Origin: an uncultured Methanosarcinaceae archaeon
Lineage (GTDB): Archaea; Halobacteriota; Methanosarcinia; Methanosarcinales; Methanosarcinaceae
Assembly: GCA_963833425.1 (NCBI GenBank)
Contig: CAWHXP010000003.1
Location: 160,001 to 224,000, forward strand
Reading direction: 5' to 3'
DNA length: 64,000 nucleotides
The translations under genes were made by a program, and so were the position numbers. The stretch's first letter is position 1. The number at the start of each line of letters is the position of its first letter. The notes beneath the pieces are model-generated. The model ran no database searches. It worked only from the letters and a program-made list of their open reading frames with translations, and was not told the DNA's origin. This document shows, piece by piece, positions 31,106-42,613 of the stretch.

Positions 31106-33487
31106 ATGCGAATCGGAGTTTATATTTGCCATTGCGGACTGAATGTTGCGGGAGTTATAGACGTTGTGGCATTGCAGGAAATGGTAACTAAACTGGAAGA
31201 TGTGGTGCTTGCTCGAGAAATTCAATTTTTATGTTCCGATTCTGGACAAGAAGGTATCGTCAAAGATATAAAGGAAAACAAAATAGATCGGGTGGTGATA
31301 GCTGCCTGTTCCCCTAGACTCCACGAAAATACCTTCAGGCATGTAATGGAAAAGGCAGATTTAAATCCTTATCTTATGGAAATGGTGAACATAAGAGAAC
31401 AGTGTTCCTGGGTGCACGCTGGAGATCCACAGATGGCAACTCAGAAAGCTTTTGATCTAATTAGAATGGGAGTTGCAAAGGCCAGGTTCCTGAAGGAATT
31501 GAGCGCTACAAGCTCTAAAGTCAGCAGAAATGTCCTTATTATAGGTGGAGGTGTCGCCGGAATTGAGGCTGCTCTGAACCTTGCAGAAGCTGGCTTCCTC
31601 GTAACAATGGTGGAAAGGGAGTCTACAATTGGGGGTAAAATGGCCCTTATGAATGAAGTATTCCCCACAAACGATTGTTCAATCTGCGTACTTGCTCCAA
31701 AAATGACTGAAGTTCAGAATCATCCGAACATCACTCTTTATACATATTCCGAAGTAACTGACATTTCAGGGTCTGTTGGGAAATTTCACGTAAAAATTAA
31801 ACGCAAACCTAGGTTCGTGCTCGAAAAAAAATGTAAAGGTTGTGTGGATCTCTGTTCAGTTGTCTGTCCTGTGGAAATCGAGAACCCTATGGACTATGGG
31901 GTAGGAAAGACCAAAGCAATATATATGCCAATTCCTCAAGCCGTTCCTCAGGTAGTGCTTATCGACCCTGATCACTGCGTAGGCTGTGGACTCTGTTCGC
32001 AGGCTTGTCCAGCAGAAGCCGTTCATTATGAGCAAAAAGCCGAAGACATTGAGATAGAAGTAGGAGCTGTCATCGTTGCAACTGGTTATCAGCTCTTTGA
32101 CGCCTCCAGGAAAAAAGAATATGGATTTGGAAGGTATCCGGATGTTATAACGAATATGCAGCTTGAGCGCATGTTGAACTCTTCAGGGCCTACAGGTGGC
32201 AGAGTGCTTGTGCCTTCGACTAGCAAGCCTCCGAAAAGAGTGGCATTCATTCAGTGTGTGGGATCTAGGGACAAAACTGTTGGAAATGAATATTGTTCAA
32301 GATTCTGCTGCATGGCAGCGCTCAAGAACGCCCAAATGATCAAGGAACGCTACCCTGAGACGGATATCACGATTCATTATATAGATATCAGGGCTGGAGG
32401 GGAAATGTATGAAGAATATTATACAAGGACTCAAGCGATGGGTGTGGACTTCATCCGCGGGAAGGTTGCCGAAATTTACACAGGAGAAGATGGTAAGCCT
32501 GTAATTCGTTATGAAAATACCCTAGAGGGCCGGCTCGAGGAAGAAGCCTATGATCTTGTTGTGCTTTCAACAGGTTCCGAACCAAGCGAATCCGCAGAAG
32601 GCATAGGAAGGATGTTGAACCTTTCACGGCGGCAGGATAGATTCTTTGCTAGTGCACATCCTAAAATGCGCCCTGTTGATGCGCCTGTAAGTGGGGTTTT
32701 CTTGGCAGGCTGCGCGTCTGGTCCCAAGGAAATTCAGGTTTCGATTGCTCAAGGCAGCGCATGCGCTTCCAAAGTTATGCAGTTGCTGGGAACAGGCGAG
32801 CTTAAAGCAGATCCATTGGGAGCACATGTTGATTCTGAGAAATGTATCGGGTGCAAAACCTGTTTGGAAGTTTGCAAGTTCGGAAAAATTAGGATTGAAG
32901 ACAAAAAAGCTATAGTAGACGAGATCTCATGCCATGGTTGTGGAGATTGCAGTGCCGCTTGTCCTGTAGGGGCAATTCAGATGCGGAACTTCGAAAACGA
33001 ACAGATTCTTGCTCAGGTTCGGGAAGCAACAGCGAACAAGTCCCAGAGCCCTTTTATTGTGGCTTTTCTATGTAACTGGTGCAGCTATGCTTGTGCAGAC
33101 CTTACAGGGATGTCCAGGCTCAATTATCCAACAAACATTCGAATAATTCGCACAATGTGTTCTGCAAGAGTAAGCCCAGAATTTGTGCTTGAAGCTTTCA
33201 AAGGCGGAGCAGATGGGGTACTTGTTGCAGGTTGCAGATTGGATGAATGCCATTACATCTATGGGAATATTGATGCAAAGCACCGTTTGGACGTCCTGAA
33301 AGAAATTCTAACAGAAATAGGGCTTGATCCAAGAAGGCTCAAAACCCTCTGGATCTCAGCTGCGGAGGGAGAACGTTTCGCAAGCACTATAACAGAGTTT
33401 GTAGAAGAACTCAAAGAAATTGGGTCGATAGGAACTGAACTCCAGAAGGACGAACCAATATCTACATCTGAGGACGTGGCAAAGTGA
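31106..33487 (+). CDS. hdrA: Heterodisulfide reductase subunit A fused to an MvhD domain (HdrA2 type)
   Basis: MRIGVYICHCG, ACSPRLHE, NIREQCSW, IGGGVAG, FIQCVGSRD, YCSRFCCM, ferredoxin motifs, C-terminal FLCNWCSY...MCSARV...GADGV MvhD domain. Confidence 0.95.
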   Translation: MRIGVYICHCGLNVAGVIDVVALQEMVTKLEDVVLAREIQFLCSDSGQEGIVKDIKENKIDRVVIAACSPRLHENTFRHVMEKADLNPYLMEMVNIREQCSWVHAGDPQMATQKAFDLIRMGVAKARFLKELSATSSKVSRNVLIIGGGVAGIEAALNLAEAGFLVTMVERESTIGGKMALMNEVFPTNDCSICVLAPKMTEVQNHPNITLYTYSEVTDISGSVGKFHVKIKRKPRFVLEKKCKGCVDLCSVVCPVEIENPMDYGVGKTKAIYMPIPQAVPQVVLIDPDHCVGCGLCSQACPAEAVHYEQKAEDIEIEVGAVIVATGYQLFDASRKKEYGFGRYPDVITNMQLERMLNSSGPTGGRVLVPSTSKPPKRVAFIQCVGSRDKTVGNEYCSRFCCMAALKNAQMIKERYPETDITIHYIDIRAGGEMYEEYYTRTQAMGVDFIRGKVAEIYTGEDGKPVIRYENTLEGRLEEEAYDLVVLSTGSEPSESAEGIGRMLNLSRRQDRFFASAHPKMRPVDAPVSGVFLAGCASGPKEIQVSIAQGSACASKVMQLLGTGELKADPLGAHVDSEKCIGCKTCLEVCKFGKIRIEDKKAIVDEISCHGCGDCSAACPVGAIQMRNFENEQILAQVREATANKSQSPFIVAFLCNWCSYACADLTGMSRLNYPTNIRIIRTMCSARVSPEFVLEAFKGGADGVLVAGCRLDECHYIYGNIDAKHRLDVLKEILTEIGLDPRRLKTLWISAAEGERFASTITEFVEELKEIGSIGTELQKDEPISTSEDVAK

Positions 33488-35076
33488 ACGAAGATCACGA
33501 CGAACAAAAGACTCACATAAGTGATGGATGCTGCGGACCCAGGAAAATCGAAACTGAAGAGTCCAAAATAAGCGAAAATGAAAAACCTGAAGCTGAAGGC
33601 TACAAATCCGATGATTTTGAAGCAGAGGGGCTTGAATCGGAGGGATTGGGGGTTGTAGTGCCCGAAAAAGACGAGGGTGAACAGCAGGAAAAAATTACTG
33701 TTACAAATAGCATGGACATTGAAGGTACACATTTTTGCTATACCCAGGCAACAGAAAAGTCCATAAAGACCTTGGATTACGATTACAAGCGGTGCAGTGG
33801 CTGTGGAATCTGCGTAGAAGTCTGCCCAACAAAAGCCCTTGAACTCGGACCAGTACACGAAATTGCAACCGGGCTTGACGCTCCACCGGTGATTATGGAT
33901 CTTGAGAAGTGTACCTTCTGCAGGATGTGCGCAAATCTCTGTCCTTTGCATGCTATAACCTTTGACGCTGTCGGCGAGGTCCCGGATGAGAAGCAGTATC
34001 CAAAGTACGATGCGTACGTTAATATAAACGAAAAATGCCTCCCCTGCGCTCTCTGTGAAGGGGCTTGCCCTCAGGATGCAATTGAAGTCGAGTTCACCTT
34101 TCCGAAAAAAGACGAAATCTCCCCCTTTAAAGAAGGGGCCAAAGGAGAGATAGTAATTGACACTGACAAGTGCAATTTCTGCGGAATATGTGCCCGTTTC
34201 TGCGACGCTATTGTCATGCTCGAGCGCGAACCTACACCTGAGAATCCTTTGCCTTTCGAGCAGATCCTTGTGGATGAAGATAAATGCGACTACTGTGTAC
34301 TATGCCAGGATATCTGTCCAGAAGAAGCTATTAAAGTCAAAGGGGAACGCTCTGTTGAGGCCCCTAAAGTTGAAGGAAAAATTAAGGTTGATAAGGTCAA
34401 GTGTACACAATGTGGTCGGTGCAAGGTTGTCTGCCCTTATGATGCCGTAGAGCTTCAAAAACCTATGGAAGGGGCACTGAGCCTCATACCTGCTAACTTG
34501 AATGAGTGTGACCCCCAGGGTTGTCACGGCTGCTTTAATGTCTGCCCCTCTAAACTCTGGTACGTGCCAAAAGACCCCGAAGATCTGCGAAAAATTGCTT
34601 TTGTTGAAGATTTCTGTACTTACTGTGGAGCTTGTGTAAAAGCCTGCCATCTAGCAGCTATCAAAGTGGACAGGTCCGATGTTCGCCACACAGATATTCC
34701 GGTTACTCCCTGGGCTACTCAGTGGAGAGACGCAATTGAGTCCCTTAAAACAGGAGTTAGAAAAGGGGTCGATAGGTCGGTGTTCAGGAAAATCGATATA
34801 CTTAAAGGCCAGAAATTTATGGGTGTAGAATACCCGAGTATTAACAAAGAGATACTTGCAGCCGTGCAGGCAAAAATAGATGCCTTAATGCCAGCCCTTA
34901 AGAGTGCAAAAGTCAGAAAACTCTGGGAAACTGAATCTCCTAAAAACGCAGCTGCAGCCGTAAAAAAGAAACTAGAAAGCAAAAAACAAAATAATTCGAA
35001 GCCAAAAGCATTAAGTATAGAAGCTGAAGGTAAAAAAGGGATACCGCAAAATTTAGGCGCAGGTGAAGAGAACTAA
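33484..35076 (+). CDS. Polyferredoxin
   Basis: Many CxxCxxCxxxCP motifs; GTGA overlap with hdrA2. Confidence 0.9.
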   Translation: MNEDHDEQKTHISDGCCGPRKIETEESKISENEKPEAEGYKSDDFEAEGLESEGLGVVVPEKDEGEQQEKITVTNSMDIEGTHFCYTQATEKSIKTLDYDYKRCSGCGICVEVCPTKALELGPVHEIATGLDAPPVIMDLEKCTFCRMCANLCPLHAITFDAVGEVPDEKQYPKYDAYVNINEKCLPCALCEGACPQDAIEVEFTFPKKDEISPFKEGAKGEIVIDTDKCNFCGICARFCDAIVMLEREPTPENPLPFEQILVDEDKCDYCVLCQDICPEEAIKVKGERSVEAPKVEGKIKVDKVKCTQCGRCKVVCPYDAVELQKPMEGALSLIPANLNECDPQGCHGCFNVCPSKLWYVPKDPEDLRKIAFVEDFCTYCGACVKACHLAAIKVDRSDVRHTDIPVTPWATQWRDAIESLKTGVRKGVDRSVFRKIDILKGQKFMGVEYPSINKEILAAVQAKIDALMPALKSAKVRKLWETESPKNAAAAVKKKLESKKQNNSKPKALSIEAEGKKGIPQNLGAGEEN

Positions 35077-35222
35077 GTGGAGAAGTACACTTTTCGTCCA
35101 AATTTTAAAGAGGAATACATTTCGGGATATGCTGGATCAAAGGACAATATCTCTTTTGCACCTTAAATGACTATTCCCGATAATCCAAATATAAGGTTTA
35201 AAATGCACCGCTTAGATCAGCG

Positions 35223-36065
35223 GGTTCCGTTGCAAAAATCTCAGGATAAGCACGTAAATATATGGATTATGAACAAAAGTCAAAATATCCGAGAAAAATG
35301 TATCAATATTAATAACTATTCCAAATAATTGATTGGTATATTTAGCTTCATTAAGACCAGAGTAGTTTGGATTCTTGATTTGTCCTTTTTTAACCATATT
35401 CATAGCTTCAATTCCTTTTAAAATCTTACTTGCAGAGCGAAAAGACTGAAATCCTAACATTGGATTAACGATTCGCTTTATAGATCTATGATCTTGTTCT
35501 ATAATTTTATTCAAATACTTGATTTGTCTAATGCCTACGTTTTTAGGTAGTATTTTATCATTTTTCAATTCGTGTATGACAATAGGATAAACTTGATTCT
35601 TATCAAAGGTTATTGCTCTTGGAATTTGATTCTGATTAGAGCTCAAAGCTTTCTTAAGGAATCTCTTTGCTGCTTTTCTATCTCGTTTTGAACTTAACAT
35701 GAAATCAATTGTATCTCCATTTGAATCAACTGCTCGGTAAAGATATTTCCATTCACCTTTTACTTTTATATAAGTTTCATCAACTTTCCATGAATCATTA
35801 GTTGGTCTTAAGTACTTTCTTATCTTCTTTTCTATTTAAGGTGAATATTGATGTACCCATCTCATGATTGTCTTATGTTCGACTTTTATTCTCCTTTCTG
35901 TCATTATTTTTATAACTTAATGGATATTTTAAGTACCATCTTACGTTTAATAAGATAATTCCTCCTTCATAATACTTCCATTTAAAGGAATTTACTGGCA
36001 TAATATATACTCCAAATTTCTACTATTTCAGTGAATCACCCTAATAATTTTTTTGCAACGGAACC
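35223..36065 (-). mobile_element. IS6-family element, transposase disrupted
   Basis: Perfect 16-bp TIR GGTTCCGTTGCAAAAA / TTTTTGCAACGGAACC; WKVDETYIKVKGEWKYLYRAVDS, KYLNKIIEQDHR; stop and deletions in the N-terminal part. Confidence 0.93.
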
Positions 36066-36774
36066 AATAATAGTGACTAAGCTGGAAACAAATTTTACAT
36101 CTGTATATATCTGCGAAATATCCTTTATTAAGGCCAAAAAGGCGAGCAAATTATGTAGCTTTATACATCTGCGAAAAGTCAGAAGCAGCTTAATTTGAAG
36201 ATTCTTATACAATATTATAACTTTTCGAGATCTATATGGCCAGTTTTTCCCTTATTAATTTTTATGATAATATAATTATCAGTTGCAGTAAGTTTCATGG
36301 AATTTGGTTGCTTCATTTTCTATTTTGTGCTTGCATCATTGGACCAAATAATCAAAAAAGAAACATTTCTTTTTACTCCCTTGTCAAAATAAGGCTATAA
36401 ATGAAATTAACAACCTTTACTGTGGATATAACTTATTTTGGTACTGTAGTAGAGCTTTTTACATAGAACACTTACTGAAGTTAAAGCTCTGATAGCGAGT
36501 TCTTCGACTAAGTTTGTGGAATTATCTGTAAGTGCGAATCTAAGGTGGATTTTATAGCAAAATTCTCAGATAAAGTCTAGAAATTAAGGTAATTTCAAGC
36601 AAGGAAATATGCAAATTTCAGAAAAATTCAGCTTTATAATGCTATTAATTCAAACGAGCCCAAGTTTAGCAACGATATAAATTTGATAAACCTTGAATTT
36701 TTAATAAATGGTTATCCAGGATTTATAAATACCCAGCCAAAAATTGGGGTTTCTCAGAATTTTCGATAGTTTTT

Positions 36775-37692
36775 TCATTTAGATTTCTGAATATTTAAGG
36801 CTTCATTTGCCTTTTTTGTATCTACATCTATCCAGAGATGCAACTCTCTATAGGGCATAATTCTGTCGGTATCGTTGAAAAGCAGGAACTCAAGCTTCAT
36901 ATTCTTTCCCTCGAAAGAGGGTGTAAACTTAACTGGTTCTTTCCAAGTCTCATCATTATCAAGACTGATTTTTTTCTGGTTTTCAGGTAGAGGTAGAGAT
37001 TTATTTTTAAGTTTTATCTCCATCGTATAGTTCATAGGCCTATACTCATGGTTTATTATTCCCACTATTACGGTACCGTTTTCCCCGATAACATACTTTG
37101 TAGTGTAGTTGTCGGCTTTTCCTTCAAGCCCGAGAATATAGAACTCGGTGAAATGTTCTCCTTCCTTTGGGATTAGAATTACATATGCAAGAGTTGTGAC
37201 AGCCAGGAGAATGGAGAGTACCATAAAAGCTGTAAGTACTTTATCCAGTCTTGATTCTGGTTTTTCCAGAATTTCGGCTCTAAGATAAAGTGCCATTTCC
37301 CTAAAGGGTACTTCGAAAGCTTCGCCTTCCAAAAGTTTTGCCCGCCGCAGGTACGCAATTTCGCACATGACAAAGGTGAAAACTGAAAGGCTTATGAGGA
37401 TTGTCAGGAGCCTTATTCCCCACGGAGTGAAATTAAGGCCAAGCCCTATAAGTGGTACTACTGCGATGCTCAGCCCAAATGAAAGAGCTATCCTCTCGAT
37501 TCCGTCAATGTCGCACTTTGCGGGAAAGAGTGCTACCATAAGCGAATAACCTGGTAGAAAAAGCACGAGCGGTATACCAAGTATATTTCTAATTACAGTT
37601 TCACTTAATTCGGGAGTGAATACAAAGATATCCGTGAGGAGCACCAGCAAAATAACAATCGAGATGTCTGAGGGAATTTTCTTTCCGATCAT
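36775..37692 (-). CDS. DUF1616 membrane protein
   Basis: LFLPGY...ALFP, ERIALSFGLSIA, FTPWGI, EHFTEFYILG, YRELHLWI. Confidence 0.88.
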   Translation of the reverse strand: MIGKKIPSDISIVILLVLLTDIFVFTPELSETVIRNILGIPLVLFLPGYSLMVALFPAKCDIDGIERIALSFGLSIAVVPLIGLGLNFTPWGIRLLTILISLSVFTFVMCEIAYLRRAKLLEGEAFEVPFREMALYLRAEILEKPESRLDKVLTAFMVLSILLAVTTLAYVILIPKEGEHFTEFYILGLEGKADNYTTKYVIGENGTVIVGIINHEYRPMNYTMEIKLKNKSLPLPENQKKISLDNDETWKEPVKFTPSFEGKNMKLEFLLFNDTDRIMPYRELHLWIDVDTKKANEALNIQKSK

Positions 37693-38479
37693 TTAGGTCA
37701 TCCGGCCATCATTAAAAAAAAATTTGCTATTCTTTTTTCGGGAAAGTATATGCTATTTCTAATGCATTTTAGTCTGTTGCGTTATTATTTATCTTAATAA
37801 ATATTTATTCAAAAGTTTCAACAGATTTTACATCATTTATTTCCTTCTATTTCCTTTTCACAAATTTTCTATCTATTTTTTATTTCTGTCATCGCAAGAA
37901 AATATAATAATTTGTGCGTGTAGATAGAGTACCATATGCTCAGGTCTGTATGAAAAAATTTTGTAATGGGTACAGAGGCCTGCATGCTTGGGCATAGATG
38001 AATGAATTTCTCAGACGTTGGATGAGACTTATTTAGCTTCCATGATGTTGTTTCCTGGATCAGTTACTTTTCATTTGCTATTCATTAAGATATCATCTAA
38101 TTTTTGAGCTAGACGTTAACCTAAATATTATTACTATTCTATTTATAGTCACATTTAAATATCAATTCACTGATACTCTATATTTTTAGTATGATGATAT
38201 TTCTCATATTGATGTAATCTAAAATATATTAATTAAACTGATGTGATTTCTATAGAGGATTTTGGTAAACTTCTTCATATTTTTAATGTTAACCCAAATA
38301 AACACCAAATTATTCGGAATACAGGCCAAAAAACAAAACTACTTCTCATCATATTCTTTTGTGATATAACAGCTCTGTAAAAAGTATAATAGAAAAATAG
38401 TAAATGGAGAACTTTTCTCAATCTGTTAGCTCTCGAGTACTCCACTGAAAGTCAGAAATATTTTTGCATTATCCAGTCT

Positions 38480-38971
38480 TTAGTCAATTTTCTCAAACTT
38501 GGATGCAGGTGCCCCACAAATTGGACATTTCTCATGAGGCTCACTTTCCGTAGTATATCCGCAGATACTGCAGACGTAGTAATCAACATCTTCATTCTTT
38601 CCAATTTCATCGAGGGCTTTTTCGTATAATCCAGCATGGATCTTTTCTACTTTATTTGCCACCTCAAAGCTCCAGAGAGCTCTGTTATCACCTTCTCCCT
38701 TTGCCTCCTCTATAAATTTTGGATACATTTTTGTAAATTCGTATGTTTCGCCGTTAATGGCATCTTTCAAGTTGTCCATTGTAGTTCCAATCCCACCCAT
38801 ACGCTGAAAATGATTGAAAGCATGGACTGTTTCCGCAGCAGCAGCAGCTCTGAATAGCTTAGCTATCTGGTGATATCCTTCTTCATCGGCTTTTTTTGCA
38901 AAGGCCAAGTATGTTCTGTTTGCCATTGATTCGCCAGTAAATGCAGCTTTGAGATTATCTTTGGAACTCAT
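38480..38971 (-). CDS. rbr: Rubrerythrin
   Basis: AFTGESMA..Y, AETVHA, GETYEFTKMYP, EKIHA, C-terminal CSICGY...CPICG. Confidence 0.93.
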   Translation of the reverse strand: MSSKDNLKAAFTGESMANRTYLAFAKKADEEGYHQIAKLFRAAAAAETVHAFNHFQRMGGIGTTMDNLKDAINGETYEFTKMYPKFIEEAKGEGDNRALWSFEVANKVEKIHAGLYEKALDEIGKNEDVDYYVCSICGYTTESEPHEKCPICGAPASKFEKID

Positions 38972-39286
38972 ATATATCCCCTTTAATTTGAAATTTTTTA
39001 CTCTATTTAGTGGTCATATATATCTTTTTAACGCCCACGATGTATGACACAAAATTATCGAAGTATCTATTAGTGGCAGCAGAGTAATTCTTTTTGTTCA
39101 TGCATGTTATCGATTATGAAAACTAGCCCTATCCACCTCAAAAATTAGGATATCTATAAGATTTTGGCGTAAACCTGACATTCAAATCACAAGGAAACGT
39201 TTTGACATTAGTTTCATGTCTAGGATTCGAAAGCATGAAATCCTATGAAAAGAGGCAAATATCTATATATCTTTTAGTTATACTTA

Positions 39287-39400
39287 GGGCTTACGCATTT
39301 GGAGCACAAAACAATAATAGTAAACTCATATTTTTATAAATTTCAAATTTTAACTATGATATTTCGAGTACTTGATTTTACATCATAAATGAGTAAGTCC
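39287..39400. mobile_element. ~114-bp MITE
   Basis: TA|GGGCTTACGCATTT ... AAATGAGTAAGTCC inverted ends. Confidence 0.6.
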
Positions 39401-39480
39401 CACACTTGTACAAAGACTGAATTATATACAACTAGATCTTTTGAAGGCTAGAATTACTTTATTATTAGTTTCCAGAATAG

Positions 39481-40308
39481 ATGATAAAAATGACCCAGGA
39501 AATGAACTACTCAAAAAGGATTGATTCTACTCTTTTACTTGAATTAAAAAACATAAGTGTTGTAAGGTGTGGGAAAAAGGTCCTCGATTCCGTGTCTCTT
39601 TCAATTGAGCATGGAGAGCAAGTTGCAATTATAGGTCCTAATGGCTCAGGAAAATCTTCCCTTATAAAGACAATCACAAAAGAATATTACCCTCTTTCAG
39701 AAACAGACGATTTTGTTATAAAGATTATGGGTAAAGATATCTGGAACGTTTTTGAGCTAAGAAAATTAATGGGGATCGTCTCTGGAGATCTTCAGCAGAT
39801 ATACTGCCGACAGATCAAAGTTTTGGATGTAGTATTATCGGGATTTTTTAGCAGCATAGGGATTTACTACAATCATAATGTAACTCCTGAAATGGGGATC
39901 AAAGCCAGAGAAATTCTGAAATTCCTTGAAATTTCACACCTTGAAAACAAGTTAATATGCGAACTCTCCACCGGAGAGACCAGACGGGTATTGATAGGCA
40001 GAGCCATTGTTCATGACCCCTATATCCTAGTTTTAGACGAACCCTCAAACAGCCTTGATCTGAAAGCTCTTAATAGCTTCCGTGAGAGTATTAGGAAGAT
40101 TGCAATTTCAGGAAAAAGTGTGATTTTGGTCACTCACAATCTTCAGGACATCATTCCCGAAATAAACCGTGTGGTTCTTATAAATGAGGGAAAAATCTTC
40201 AGGGATGGAAAAAAAGGGGACATCCTGACAGATGCCAATCTTTCGGAACTTTTCTCCATTTCAGTAAAAGTCTTGGAAAAAGGAGGTTACTACCAGGCTC
40301 TGGTCTGA
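39481..40308 (+). CDS. ABC transporter ATP-binding protein (ModF-like), orphan
   Basis: GPNGSGKS, LSTGE, LVLDEP, LVTH; no permease nearby. Confidence 0.9.
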   Translation: MIKMTQEMNYSKRIDSTLLLELKNISVVRCGKKVLDSVSLSIEHGEQVAIIGPNGSGKSSLIKTITKEYYPLSETDDFVIKIMGKDIWNVFELRKLMGIVSGDLQQIYCRQIKVLDVVLSGFFSSIGIYYNHNVTPEMGIKAREILKFLEISHLENKLICELSTGETRRVLIGRAIVHDPYILVLDEPSNSLDLKALNSFRESIRKIAISGKSVILVTHNLQDIIPEINRVVLINEGKIFRDGKKGDILTDANLSELFSISVKVLEKGGYYQALV

Positions 40309-41462
40309 TGCACATTATTCTTCAATCAAGTTGCAATTCTGCAGCTTCAAACAAAGTCACAGAAGCTTGCTCTACAAAGTATAGAGAGTTGTTCAATTCG
40401 TTTTTTTGGCAACAAACTTGACTCTGCATCATTATATTTCTTAATCTAATACCCCAATTCACTTTCTTCTGAAGCTACTAAGTTAGGTGAGTTATGAAAT
40501 GATTAATTTCCTTATTTGACTTACCCAGCCTGAATAGCTTACCATCACATATGTTTGACCATAATGCTTAATGCATTTGATTTTGTGCATAAAGCGCGTA
40601 AGTCCTACTAATGTAAGATACACAGTTATTGTATTTTGGATATATCTGCACCACATAGTAAATATCTAAAAGATTAACTATTGATATAAAGGATTTTTTA
40701 TATTAAGTTAAATCATTTTTATGTCAAAATCCTTCTTTTTGTTTCAGCTAACACTTCGTGAATTGAAGTTAAAGGCTGTTGAAATCAATATTTAATTGAA
40801 CTATTATAGTATTTTTATACTTTCACCAGATCGACAAACCTTGCTACTTGATCACAAACCTAATCAAAATAATTTTTTTATTTAAAGATTAAGCTAGTGG
40901 CATTTTTCTATGAAATAGTAGTAAAAATAGACAACCAGTCTTTTAATTCGCTTATTTGTAAGATCGATTGTAGTGGTACTTGAGTACAAACACTACGTGA
41001 TAGATAATCTGATTAAGCTATTTTTAAAGCTATTTGATTCCCAATGTACACCAAATATAGGTCAAAGGTATATGGCATCACCTCTGAAAATGATGGCAAA
41101 AACAACCTCATTTTACAAAGAAGTGATGAATTGGAATGACAGACCAATACAAAAAATAATAGAAATCACGTCATCAATACCTAAAGTTCAGATATTCGAG
41201 ATACTTAGCACTCTAAAGTAATAAAATCAACTAAATAATAGATGGATCTAAAATTTTAGAAAAATCAATGTCCATACTAAACGTAGTCCTCTGATCTTAA
41301 TGTATACCAAAAATTTTTTATTTACAAACGGACATTATTTAATAGACACGTCTTAGTATTTATGTGCATAAAGAGAAACAATTTCTCACTTAGATGTTGT
41401 ATCTAACAAATATTCAGGAATAATTATAAAAAACCTTCGCATATCTGGAGGCAATAATCCGA

Positions 41463-41639
41463 ATGTCTGCATGCCAAGACTGTAGATTTTATGCATCTGT
41501 TGATGAGCAAAAGGGCGAATGTTTTAGCCTAGGCTTTGAAGTGCGTGGTAAAACCGATTCTAAAAAATGCCCAGAACGGGCTTTCAGGCCAAATAAAGGT
41601 CCAAAATCAAAAAAAACAGGAGCTTCAACGAGATTTTAG
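41463..41639 (+). CDS. 58-aa Cys4 protein (BssC/TutF-like small Fe-S protein candidate)
   Basis: GGAGG RBS; MSACQDCRFYASVDEQKGECFSLGFEVRGKTDSKKCPERAFRPNKGPKSKKTGASTRF*; below the ORF-track cut-off. Confidence 0.65.
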   Translation: MSACQDCRFYASVDEQKGECFSLGFEVRGKTDSKKCPERAFRPNKGPKSKKTGASTRF

Positions 41640-42141
41640 GAAAGATTGCTAAGGAAATTCTTTTAAGATGGTACAGAAAAGGCGAAAAGGATGTTGCAAA
41701 TCTATAAATGGACTAAGCCGACCTTCAGCCTGAAAAAAGTTCAGAAAAACTTATAAGAATTTTTACTATTTCTGCTTGCTGGAATTAAATGTGCCTAAAT
41801 AAAATTGCATTCAAGGTTTTATCCCATTTTTTTGGAGACCTATACAAGGACGTCATATTGAGAAAAAAGATGACAACTTGTGTACTTTTACAGGAAGTAT
41901 AATATTCCATTTTTGCTAAAAAGATCTGTCAACCAATCATTTATATGGCATATTTCAAAGGAAAGAGTATCATAGACTTCATTTATTGTATCTTTTCTTT
42001 TTCATATAACTTTGTGGCGAAGCCGAATATATGACCCAAATTCTCTATGATATTTTTGGAAAACACTTGATGAATTGATTATTTCATCCGGTGCAAGTTG
42101 TGCAGTGACTTCAGGATCATTTCTCTGTTTCCAGGTACGTT

Positions 42142-42384
42142 AATACTGAGAAATACAGCAATTAAAAATGTGTGTCATGCTTAAACTACAAAATTTAGTT
42201 ACTATTTTTGATAAGTTCGATCCTTAAATCTATTTGGGCAATGTAATTGCTTCAAAAACAATTTGATGTCCTTGATCAAGGTTACTTTGAGCCTTCAATG
42301 AAAATTCACTGATTAGTGCCATAAAGTTTTTAAAAATTGAAATTAATACAAGCTTTTTGCTAAAGACAATTAGGAAAATCAATG
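42142..42384 (-). mobile_element. IS110-family left end remnant (copy B)
   Basis: Reverse complement aligns with 44009-44170 (CATTGAAGGCTC...TTGATCA...AATTGTTTTTGAAGCAATT...AAAAATAGTAACTAAATTTTGT). Confidence 0.65.
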
Positions 42385-42470
42385 ATTATTTCGATAAACT
42401 CCTAAATTTAGTAATATGCTTATAAATGATACATAAATGACTCGTAAAGATGATGTTCATCGAAATCCTC
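42384..42470. mobile_element. 87-bp IS5-type MITE
   Basis: GATTATTTCGATAAAC ... GTTCATCGAAATCCTC; internal ATGACTCGT. Confidence 0.65.
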
Positions 42471-42613
42471 AATAGCCAAAAAAGGGTGATGGAAAAGTAC
42501 TTTCATTTATTCATGCTTCTTATTGAAGAATTCCATTTTGATATTATAATCAATTCTTCATGAACAATTCAAACATAAAGAACTAATCTTATGCATTCTA
42601 TCATTTATTTCCA

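Noticed and set aside
31106..33487. HdrA-MvhD fusion as a novelty
   Set aside because: Established HdrA2 architecture in Methanosarcina.
40973..41221. 82-aa ORF
   Set aside because: No RBS or motif, and it starts within a possible MITE.
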